From Solirubrobacteraceae bacterium (GTDB lineage: Bacteria; Actinomycetota; Thermoleophilia; Solirubrobacterales; Solirubrobacteraceae), in the NCBI GenBank assembly GCA_049278415.1, contig JBAPMC010000279.1, positions 1 through 35,260 of the forward strand: a stretch of 35,260 nucleotides of DNA, given 5' to 3'. Below, one piece after another: positions 1-7,875 of the stretch. Numbering within the stretch: the first letter of the stretch is position 1; every line of letters begins with the position of its first letter. Under the pieces are notes generated by a model. That model saw only the letters and a program-made list of their open reading frames with translations, did no database searches and was not told the DNA's origin. A program made the position numbers and the translations under genes.

Positions 1-396
1 GATCTGCGCGCTCCCATGGGTCAGCGGCGCTCGTGGCCAGCAGTGGATCTGACCGAAGACGCAGGCATCCTCACGGCGATCGCCAACGACATCGGCGTCG
101 AGGCGATCTTCTCACGGCAGGTGATCGCCCACGGGGGCTCCGGCGACGCTCTGCTCGCGATGTCCACGAGTGGAGGCTCCGCCAATGTCATCCACGCGCT
201 GGCGGAGGCACGGCGGCGTGGCCTGCTCACGATCGCGCTCGTCGGCTATGACGGTGGGCGTATCTCCGATGAGGGGCTGGCCGACTATGTGGTGATCGTT
301 CGCTCAGAGCACATCCCACGCATCCAGGAGGCGCAGGCATCGGTCTACCACGTGCTGAGCGAGCTGGTGGAGAGGGCTGGAGAGGCGTGCATATGA
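1..396 (+). CDS. SIS-domain protein, phosphoheptose isomerase (GmhA)-like, 5'-truncated by window edge
   Basis: Frame open from base 1; motifs LTAIANDIG..IFSRQV, GDALLAMSTSGGSANV, HIPRIQE..YHVL typical of the GmhA/DiaA SIS family; sits in hyp operon. Confidence 0.85.
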   Translation, partial: DLRAPMGQRRSWPAVDLTEDAGILTAIANDIGVEAIFSRQVIAHGGSGDALLAMSTSGGSANVIHALAEARRRGLLTIALVGYDGGRISDEGLADYVVIVRSEHIPRIQEAQASVYHVLSELVERAGEACI

Positions 397-854
397 GGGT
401 CTTTGGCGAATCCAGCAGTCTGGAGGAGGTCGCTCACGCAAGTTTGCGCGGAGCGATCGCAGCAATGGCGATGACAGGGATGCGTACGCTCACTGGCAAT
501 CTCGGCCTGCTCGAGCAGTCCCCACCGCACGCGATCATCAGGCAGAAGGCGGCAGGCTTGCTGCGCCGCGTCCCTCGCCGCCGCCGCCGGTCGGCGATCG
601 AGTTGGCCCACTTGGGCTATGGCGCGGCCGGGGGAATGGCGTTTGCACTGCTGCCAGAGCCGATGCGCAGACAGCCATGGGCGGGCTCCATTTATGGGCT
701 TGCTCTGTGGCTTAGCTTTGAAGCTGTGCTCGCGCCGGCCCTGGGACTCGAGCAGGCCGGCAAGACGCGGCCTGCCGAGCGCGCCATGCTTGCGGCTGAC
801 CACCTCCTCTACGGCTTGGTGCTGTCGGAGATCCGGCAGCGTCCGCAGGCGTGA
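393..854 (+). CDS. Hypothetical membrane protein (3-4 hydrophobic segments)
   Basis: ATGA overlap with upstream stop (393-396) and GTGA overlap with hypF; hydrophobic stretches with H-x-x-Y-G motifs (AHLGYG, DHLLYG). Confidence 0.7.
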   Translation: MRVFGESSSLEEVAHASLRGAIAAMAMTGMRTLTGNLGLLEQSPPHAIIRQKAAGLLRRVPRRRRRSAIELAHLGYGAAGGMAFALLPEPMRRQPWAGSIYGLALWLSFEAVLAPALGLEQAGKTRPAERAMLAADHLLYGLVLSEIRQRPQA

Positions 855-3286
855 GCTCGCTGACAGGCGATGGCTCGGTGAGCAGCGTTGGCATCCTCTC
901 CAGAGACTTTCGCATGCGGATGCGCGTGCGAGTGGAGGGTGTGGTTCAGGGCGTCGGCTTTCGTCCACATGTCTACCGCCTCGCGCGCGAGCTTGACCTG
1001 GGCGGGTACGTACTCAACGACGAGCGCGGTGTATTGCTGGAGGTGGAGGGTAACCGTGTGGCTGCCGAGCTCTTTCTGGAGCGGCTCGTCGCGGAGGGAC
1101 CGCCACTGGCGAGCATCGAGCGCGTCCTACCGGAAAGCATCCCGGTGACCGGGGCGGTCGTCTTCGAGATCCTCCCCAGCGTCAACTCAGGCACACCGGA
1201 GGCGCTCGTCTCTCCAGACACGGCAACGTGTGAGGAGTGCCTGGTTGAGCTGAACGACTCACGGGACCGTCGCTATCGATACCCGTTCATCAATTGCACC
1301 AATTGCGGTCCGCGCTTCACGATCGCCATGGGCGTCCCCTACGATCGTCCACTGACGACGATGGCGGGCTTCGTCATGTGCAAGCTCTGTCAAGCGGAGT
1401 ACCGGGACCCTGCTAGTCGGCGCTTTCATGCCCAGCCGAACGCGTGCCCGGAGTGCGGGCCAAAGGCGCGGGTGCTTTGGCCCGACGGGACCGAATACGT
1501 CAGTAGGCGGGAGGGGCAGGGCACAGCGCGAACGAACAACCGCATCCCCAGCGATGCCATACGCGCGGCTGCCGATATGCTCTTCGAAGGGCTGATAGTG
1601 GCGGTGAAGGGCATCGGCGGCTATCACCTTGCCTGCCGGGCCGACTCTCAAGAGGCGGTGAAGGCGTTGCGTGAGCGCAAGCATCGAGAGGATCGGCCGT
1701 TCGCGCTGATGTCCCCCAACCTGGCGGCCGCGGATGAGCTGGTGTGTTTGAGTGCAGAGACACGGGAGTTGTTGGAGGACAGAGCCCGACCAATCGTGAT
1801 CGCGCCCCGTCGCGAGCGTGTGTGTGTGGCCGACGCGGTGGCGCCACACAGCCCGGAGCTGGGGGTGATGTTGCCCTACACGCCGCTGCACCATCTGCTC
1901 CTCGCCGACTTCGCGGAAGCCAAGAGCAAGGCTGGCGGGGATGCTTGCGAGTCTGGTGTCACTGAAGCCGCTGCTGTTTCACTTGTGATGACCAGCGGCA
2001 ACATCTCAGATGAACCGATTGCCTACACCGACGGGGATGCGATCGTCCGGCTGGCGGGCATCGCTGACGCGTTCCTATTGCACGATCGTCCGGTTCACAT
2101 GCGCACAGATGACTCGGTGGCACGCGCCACATCCAGAGGCAAGCCGATGTTGCTGCGACGCTCGCGCGGCCATGTACCCGAGCCAATCGAGCTGCCGGTG
2201 GCAGCCCGAGCTGCTTTGCTCGCGTGTGGCGCCGAGCTGAAGAGCACATTCTGCGTGGCTCGAGAAAAACGGGCATGGGTGAGTCACCACATCGGGGATT
2301 TGAAGAACTACGAGACGCTGCGGTCATTCAGTGAAGGAATCGAGCATTTCCAAAGGCTGTTCGCAGTTACTCCAGAAGTGGTGGCGCACGACCTGCACCC
2401 CGACTACCTTTCGACCAGCTACGCGCTTGAGCGCGAGGGGGTGGAGCTTGTTGCGGTCCAACACCATCACGCGCACCTGGCTGCTTGCCTGGCCGAGCAC
2501 GGCGAGCTCGGTCCTGCCGTCGGGGCTGTGTTCGACGGGAGTGGCTACGGCACTGACGGAACGGTATGGGGTGGGGAGCTATTGGTCGGCGATCTGCGCG
2601 ACTTCGAGCGTGTGGGTCACCTGCGCTCGGTGCGGCTGCCCGGTGGAGATCGGGCGGTGCACGAACCGTGGCGGATGGCCTGTGCGTGGCTTACCGAGAC
2701 GTGTGATGGGGAGGCCCCAGCGCTTTCAGGCTCGCTGGCAGGCAGTGTGACGCCGGAGCACTGGGAGACGATCGCTCGGCTTGCGCGCAGCGAGTTGGCG
2801 CCAGTCACAACCAGTGCGGGGCGCCTGTTCGACGCGGTTGCCGCGTTGTGTGGCTTGCGCGCGAATGTCACCTACGAGGGCCAGGCGGCGATTGAGCTCG
2901 AGGCGGCGGTGGACCAATCCGAGCGAGGTGAATACACGATCTACCTCCAAAGTCGCAACGGTGTGCTCGAGCTAGACCCTCGTGCAGCGGTGTCCGCGGT
3001 TGTGCGCGAGCGAGCGGAAGGAGTGTCGATCGGGGTGGTGGCTGCCCGCTTTCATATCGGCCTAGCCCATGCGACCGCGCGTGCGTGTGAGGAGATCGCA
3101 GGCGTTCGTGGCCTGAGCACCGTGGTCCTGTCGGGCGGCGTATTTCAGAACAGGGTGCTGCTGGATAGGACGGTCTCCGCACTCAAACGGGTCGGATTGC
3201 GTCCCTTGGTCCCTGAGCGATTGCCGCCCGGAGATGGCGGGATCAGCTACGGCCAGGCTGCCGTTGCAGCGGCGCGGTTGTCCTGA
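851..3286 (+). CDS. hypF: Carbamoyltransferase HypF ([NiFe]-hydrogenase maturation)
   Basis: Acylphosphatase motif GVVQGVGFRP, two zinc fingers (CEEC..CTNCGPR; CKLC..FHAQPNACPECGP), KGIGGYHL, HHHAH, GRLFDAV, PPGDGGISYGQ; exact start could be up to about 20 codons later. Confidence 0.97.
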   Translation: MSSLTGDGSVSSVGILSRDFRMRMRVRVEGVVQGVGFRPHVYRLARELDLGGYVLNDERGVLLEVEGNRVAAELFLERLVAEGPPLASIERVLPESIPVTGAVVFEILPSVNSGTPEALVSPDTATCEECLVELNDSRDRRYRYPFINCTNCGPRFTIAMGVPYDRPLTTMAGFVMCKLCQAEYRDPASRRFHAQPNACPECGPKARVLWPDGTEYVSRREGQGTARTNNRIPSDAIRAAADMLFEGLIVAVKGIGGYHLACRADSQEAVKALRERKHREDRPFALMSPNLAAADELVCLSAETRELLEDRARPIVIAPRRERVCVADAVAPHSPELGVMLPYTPLHHLLLADFAEAKSKAGGDACESGVTEAAAVSLVMTSGNISDEPIAYTDGDAIVRLAGIADAFLLHDRPVHMRTDDSVARATSRGKPMLLRRSRGHVPEPIELPVAARAALLACGAELKSTFCVAREKRAWVSHHIGDLKNYETLRSFSEGIEHFQRLFAVTPEVVAHDLHPDYLSTSYALEREGVELVAVQHHHAHLAACLAEHGELGPAVGAVFDGSGYGTDGTVWGGELLVGDLRDFERVGHLRSVRLPGGDRAVHEPWRMACAWLTETCDGEAPALSGSLAGSVTPEHWETIARLARSELAPVTTSAGRLFDAVAALCGLRANVTYEGQAAIELEAAVDQSERGEYTIYLQSRNGVLELDPRAAVSAVVRERAEGVSIGVVAARFHIGLAHATARACEEIAGVRGLSTVVLSGGVFQNRVLLDRTVSALKRVGLRPLVPERLPPGDGGISYGQAAVAAARLS

Positions 3287-4343
3287 TCTGTGCGCTCCAG
3301 CGCTCCTCGATGTGGCCAAAGCGCCATATCGACAGCGCGACGACCCAGGTAAGCACGAATATGCCGGCGATGATGAATCCCAGCTCGTTGATGTTGATGT
3401 TCTCGAACCAACCCCAGAAGGAACCCCGGGCATCAAGGTGCTGTGCGACGATACCGCCCAGCTCGATTGTGCCGATGACGAGCGCGACCATCACCGACAA
3501 GCCGGTGATGGTGATGTTGTAGAAGACCTTGCGCACCGGCTTAGAGAAAGCCCAGCCGTAGGCGAAGTTCATGAACGAGCCGTCAATTGTGTCCAGCAGC
3601 GACATCCCGGCGGCGAATAGAACCGGCAGGCACAAGATTGCGTAGAACGGCATGCCCGCCCCGGCGACGCCGGCGGCGAGGAACAGCAGCGCCACCTCGG
3701 TGGCGGTGTCGAAGCCAAGGCCGAAGAGCATGCCGATCGGGTACATCTGCCACGGCTTAGTCACCGTCTTTGTGAAACGCCCAAAGAAGCGGTTCATTAC
3801 TCCACGCGTCTGGAGTTGATGCTCGAGCTGCGCCTCGTCGTAGCTGCCACTGCGCATCTCGCGGAACACCCTGATGATGCCCAGGAGGATCACCACGTTC
3901 AACGCGGCGATGAGATAGAGGAATGTCCCCGACACGCCGGTTCCTATCCAGTTAGTGACGTTATGAAACTGGGAATTGTCGTTCTTGACCTGGCCTCCAA
4001 GCGTCTTGACGCCGATTGCGAACAGGAACACGAGCATGAAGACGATTGAGGAGTGCCCAAGCGAGAAGAAGAACCCGACGCTCATCGGTCGCTTACCTTC
4101 GCTCATCAGCTTACGTGTGGTGTTGTCGATCGCCGAGATGTGGTCGGCATCGAATGCGTGGCGCATGCCAAGCGTATAGGCGGTCATACCGGTGCCGACC
4201 GCAAACGCCCCCGAGGCGCCGAGGTTGTAGTGGCGAGGTGCAACGAGGGCAAACAAGAGAAAGAAGCCAATCGCATGAAGCCCCACTACGATCACTGCCA
4301 TCATCGCAATTGTGCGCCATTGCGAGGAGGTCAGTGGACCCAT
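3243..4343 (-). CDS. hoxN: High-affinity nickel/cobalt permease, NiCoT (HoxN/HupN/NixA) family
   Basis: Signature RHAFDADHISAID, FFSLGHSS, GLGFDTATEV; about 8 TM segments; adjacent to hypF. Confidence 0.95.
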   Translation of the reverse strand: MGPLTSSQWRTIAMMAVIVVGLHAIGFFLLFALVAPRHYNLGASGAFAVGTGMTAYTLGMRHAFDADHISAIDNTTRKLMSEGKRPMSVGFFFSLGHSSIVFMLVFLFAIGVKTLGGQVKNDNSQFHNVTNWIGTGVSGTFLYLIAALNVVILLGIIRVFREMRSGSYDEAQLEHQLQTRGVMNRFFGRFTKTVTKPWQMYPIGMLFGLGFDTATEVALLFLAAGVAGAGMPFYAILCLPVLFAAGMSLLDTIDGSFMNFAYGWAFSKPVRKVFYNITITGLSVMVALVIGTIELGGIVAQHLDARGSFWGWFENININELGFIIAGIFVLTWVVALSIWRFGHIEERWSAQIRTTAPLQRQPGRS

Positions 4344-4467
4344 TGAGCCGATATTTACCCGTCCTCATTACAAGCTAATCGCGACTAGCTCAGCGAACTG
4401 CGCCGGGCGAGCAGAGGGGAGCGTCACGAGCTCATCGTAGTGTCGCGCTGTAAGAGCGCCGTTTCTT

Positions 4468-5274
4468 CTAAGCGAGCATGTGGCGCAGCGCCGATGGCGG
4501 GCGACCTGTCTCCTGCCGGATGACGCGACAGAGATGACTCTGATCGGCGAAGCCGAGGTCGACTGCCAAGCGAGCGAGATTCTGCTCACCGTTTGCTAGG
4601 CGCTCCAGCGCGTTGCGCGCGCGCAGGCGCAGGCGGTGGCGTGAGATGGTGTGGCCTGTCGCTGAGCGGAAGATGCGGCTGAGATGATGGGGAGAGACCG
4701 CGAGGGTGAGGGCGAGGTCGGGCAGAGAGCACTCCAGGTTCCCTGCCAGAATCTCGCGTGCGCTGTCGGATAGAGCACGGCGGGCGTGGGAGCTAGCAGG
4801 ACGCCCCGCCGCCACCCTGCGTGAATCTGCCTGCTCGAGCGCTCGGGCGGCCAGGGTGATCGCTCGTTCGAGGAGCTCATGTGGGTCATCGCCCCGGCGA
4901 CCTGCGCTCAGCAAAAGTCGATGCTCTAGATCGATCTCAGGCGAGGTATTGAGCGGTTTCGAAGGAAGGGTTGGGTCGCCACCCCACAGCGAGGCAACCA
5001 AGTCAGGGTCGAGGGACAACGACGTGCAATCGTCGCCGTGCTCCTGTGGGTGGTCATAGCGTTGCTCCTCGCCCGGGTTCATGCAATAGGCGAGCGTCGG
5101 ATCGAAGAAGGTCTCGACTCCCTCTACGCTGCGAATGAAACACCCGCGGCGCACGAACACGATCGTGTGACCACCAGTCTGCTCGTCTGGGAGACCACGG
5201 CCGCGTTTGTGTCTGCACGCGACGTCGGCAATCTCAAGACCATCGCGATGGAAGAATGTACGTGCACTCAGCAT
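4468..5274 (-). CDS. AraC-family transcriptional regulator
   Basis: C-terminal double HTH (SLPDLA..SPHHLSRIFR; LARLAVDLGFADQSHLCRV); start moved to ATG 5274 because the longer ORF overlaps the divergent SRPBCC gene. Confidence 0.9.
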   Translation of the reverse strand: MLSARTFFHRDGLEIADVACRHKRGRGLPDEQTGGHTIVFVRRGCFIRSVEGVETFFDPTLAYCMNPGEEQRYDHPQEHGDDCTSLSLDPDLVASLWGGDPTLPSKPLNTSPEIDLEHRLLLSAGRRGDDPHELLERAITLAARALEQADSRRVAAGRPASSHARRALSDSAREILAGNLECSLPDLALTLAVSPHHLSRIFRSATGHTISRHRLRLRARNALERLANGEQNLARLAVDLGFADQSHLCRVIRQETGRPPSALRHMLA

Positions 5275-5401
5275 GCCAACCGATTCTCTCAGATGCACAC
5301 GAATGTCCAAGACCTCACGAGTATTTGCTGGCAGGTTGGCTGGATGAGCACCCGTTGGCCTGCTGCTCAGCCGACCAAACAAACAAACAGGAGACACATC
5401 A

Positions 5402-5806
5402 ATGGCTTCTATCCGCAAGGAGATTACGATCGACGCAAGTCCGGAGGACGTGTGGGCGGCAGTTCGTGACTGGGGTGCGTTGCATCGGCGTCTCGTGCCG
5501 GGTTTCGTCGTTGACGCACACCTTGACGGAGACGACCGAATCGTCACCTTCTTCAACGATGTTGTCCTCCGCGAGCGTCTCATAGACGTCAATGACGAGG
5601 CTCGCAGGCTCGTCTGGTCCATCGTCGAGGGCCCCTACAAGCACCACAACGCATCAGCGCAGGTCTTTCCGGAGGATGAAGGTCGTACTCGCTTCGTCTG
5701 GATAGCCGACTTGCTGCCAAACGAGCTCGCGGAGCAGACGGGCATGATGATGGAACGGGGCACGAGCACCGTCAAGAAGACGCTGGAGGCCCAGGTTGTT
5801 CGCTAG
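5402..5806 (+). CDS. SRPBCC/polyketide cyclase-dehydrase family protein
   Basis: MASIRKEITIDASPEDVWAAVRDW start and C-terminal helix typical of START-like fold; SD AGGAG upstream; divergent from AraC gene. Confidence 0.88.
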   Translation: MASIRKEITIDASPEDVWAAVRDWGALHRRLVPGFVVDAHLDGDDRIVTFFNDVVLRERLIDVNDEARRLVWSIVEGPYKHHNASAQVFPEDEGRTRFVWIADLLPNELAEQTGMMMERGTSTVKKTLEAQVVR

Positions 5807-5943
5807 CCGCTATAGCCGATATCAGTCTTGGCTAGGTCTAGTCGTTCTCGGGACTGTCACCTGTAAGGGATCTCGCCACACTGCGTCATATAAGCGCGTC
5901 GGTCCTGCAACCGATGTCAACCATGGCTAGTCAGGAGACATAG

Positions 5944-6756
5944 ATGCCCGACCACGCTGATAGGACAGCCAGCTTTCTGGCGCTCCACCGGCAAAACCGT
6001 CCGTTGCTCCTGGCCAACGCCTGGGACGTGGGCTCAGCGAAGCTACTCACCTCGCTCGGCTTTGAGGCGCTGGCGACGACGAGCAGCGGCTACGCAGCGA
6101 CACTCGGTCGTCTCGATTACTCGGTCAGTCGCGAGGAGGCGGTGACCCACGCCGCGGCACTGGTGGCGGCGACGGATGTGCCTGTGTCGGCCGACTTCGA
6201 GGATGGCTTTGAGGACAGCTCCACAGGTGTCGCCGAGACTGTGCGTCTCGCGCTCGAGGTTGGTCTCGCTGGCTGCTCCATCGAGGATTGGAGTGGCGCT
6301 GAGCAGCGGCTATACGATGCTGAGGAGGCTGCTGAGCGTGTCGCGGCCGCGGCGGAGGCCGCACACGCTGGGCCCGTTCGCCTCGTGCTCACAGCACGAG
6401 CGGAGAACTATCTACGCGGGAAACCTGATTTGCGCGACACCATCAGGCGTCTGCAGGCCTACCAGGAGGCTGGCGCGGACGTGCTCTATGCGCCTGCGCT
6501 CGATCGACCAGAGGAGATTCGGGAGCTGGTCGCGTCTGTCGATCTCCCAGTCAACGTACTGGCACGTCACGGCCTTCCGTCGGTAGGTGAGCTGGCTGCG
6601 CTAGGGGTCAAGCGGATCTCGGTTGGCGGTGCGTTTGCGTTCGTGGCGCTCGGCGCCGCCACCAGTGCGGCGACGGAGCTGCTCACCGAGGGAACATACA
6701 ATTTCATGGAGATGTCGGCTGCAGGCGCGAAGGCTGCGCACGCTGCGTTTCGGTGA
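5944..6756 (+). CDS. Isocitrate lyase/phosphoenolpyruvate mutase family protein
   Basis: LLLANAWDVGSA, ATTSSG, PVSADFEDG, GCSIED, LTARAE, AGADVLYAP, KRISVGG; SD AGGAG. Confidence 0.92.
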   Translation: MPDHADRTASFLALHRQNRPLLLANAWDVGSAKLLTSLGFEALATTSSGYAATLGRLDYSVSREEAVTHAAALVAATDVPVSADFEDGFEDSSTGVAETVRLALEVGLAGCSIEDWSGAEQRLYDAEEAAERVAAAAEAAHAGPVRLVLTARAENYLRGKPDLRDTIRRLQAYQEAGADVLYAPALDRPEEIRELVASVDLPVNVLARHGLPSVGELAALGVKRISVGGAFAFVALGAATSAATELLTEGTYNFMEMSAAGAKAAHAAFR

Positions 6757-6789
6757 CTGAGCTGTGATGGCGTTCGCTGTGTGAGCTGA

Positions 6790-7103
6790 GCAGCTGGCGC
6801 TCCTGTAGGAGAAGCGTCGCGTCGTCTTGAGCACGTCCCTGCTCAACACTGTCGGCAAGGACGTGACGGGCGATATCAGTGAGTCAACCCCGAGGCTCTC
6901 CCCGGGGGAATCAATGTGCGCCGCGCGACGAGTGCTCTCGCGAGCGTCTCGGGCGTGAGAGCGGCCGCAAGTTTGCTGCTCGCGCGACGTCGCAGAAACA
7001 GGGGCAAGCGTATAGTCCTCGTGCTGAGCACAGAAACGACCGAAGTCCTCCGCATCGCCTGCCAGAAGCGCAGCATCGTCACGGCTGTCGGGAGTGGCGC
7101 CAT
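6790..7103 (-). pseudogene. Degraded ECF RNA polymerase sigma factor (region 2 remnant)
   Basis: Stitching minus-strand frames gives DSRDDAALLAGDAEDFGRFCAQHEDYTLA / LFLRRRASSKLAAALTPETLARALVARRT / EPRG*LTDIARHVLADSVEQGRAQDDA, resembling ECF sigma2; several frameshifts and a TGA (6886-6884) at the usual Trp. Confidence 0.65.
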
Positions 7104-7213
7104 CGTCTCTCTCTTCGGTTCTGCGCTCAATTTGTGAGGAGATCAGCGTCAAGTCGATGTTGGTCGCTGCGAGTATGTGGCTTCGAAAACAACCTGACCC
7201 CGGAAGGACAAGC

Positions 7214-7783
7214 ATGGCCCCCGACTTGTTGAGCACCATCCGCTGCGAGATCGACGAGCGCCTGAGCGAGCTGCATCCGCTCTTGGCCGAGTATGAGCAA
7301 CTGCTCGTGGCAGTCGATGCACTCCTCGCAACAGGGGGTGGCGGCGGTTCGGCTACCGCCGTAGCCGCGACCGCGCCTGTCAAGCGCGTGGCCCGGCGAT
7401 CGCAGACACGTCCGGGACGTCGCGGCTCAGCCGCTGGTGCAATCGAACGCGTGGCAGTGGACGCCACTACAGCCGCAATCGATAGGCCGGAGGCGGAGGA
7501 GTCCGCCAAGTCTCCTGCCACAGTTGATGGGCCTCGTAAGGCCAAGGCCCCAAGCTCATCTGCGAAGCCCAAGCCCGAGCGCGCCGCACGTGGGGCTGCG
7601 CGCGATGCGATCCTCGCCGCTCTGGACCACGGGTCCCACACCGTGGGCGAGCTAGCTGTAGTCACGGCAATGAGCGGCCCGAGCATCAATGGCAATCTGC
7701 GCAAGCTCCTCTCGGCGGGAGCCGTAGTGAAGACAGAGCGTGAAGGCAAGGCTGCTTGGGCGCTCGCCGACGCCGCCATCTGA
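7214..7783 (+). CDS. Putative DNA-binding protein: N-terminal coiled coil, basic low-complexity linker, C-terminal winged HTH
   Basis: SD GGAAGGA before ATG 7214; heptad-like N-terminus; C-terminal ARDAILAAL..TVGELA..SGPSINGNLRKLLSAGAVVK..W wHTH pattern. Confidence 0.72.
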   Translation: MAPDLLSTIRCEIDERLSELHPLLAEYEQLLVAVDALLATGGGGGSATAVAATAPVKRVARRSQTRPGRRGSAAGAIERVAVDATTAAIDRPEAEESAKSPATVDGPRKAKAPSSSAKPKPERAARGAARDAILAALDHGSHTVGELAVVTAMSGPSINGNLRKLLSAGAVVKTEREGKAAWALADAAI

Positions 7784-7793
7784 GACCTAGTCT

Positions 7794-7807
7794 TGACCAT
7801 ATAGTCA
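7794..7807. promoter_or_regulatory. Palindromic operator-like site TGAC-N6-GTCA upstream of MFS gene
   Basis: tgacCATATAgtca, an AT-rich spot in the intergenic gap; overlaps a TTGACC -35-like hexamer. Confidence 0.3.
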
Positions 7808-7875
7808 CCCCCAAGGGGAATCTACATCGCTGGCTGGCTCTACATTAGTCTCGTTTGCGAGCTACCGTGCCTGTT

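Noticed and set aside
4344..4467. Possible nickel-responsive riboswitch upstream of the NiCoT gene
   Set aside because: I could not identify the conserved NiCo four-way junction; only promoter-like TTGTAA/TAAATA elements are visible.
5275..5622. N-terminal extension of the AraC ORF
   Set aside because: Overlaps the divergent SRPBCC gene; ATG 5274 gives a normal-length AraC protein.
6601..7800. 399-aa minus-strand ORF
   Set aside because: Mostly the antisense shadow of the wHTH gene and the PEP-mutase 3' end; only a short part belongs to the sigma pseudogene.
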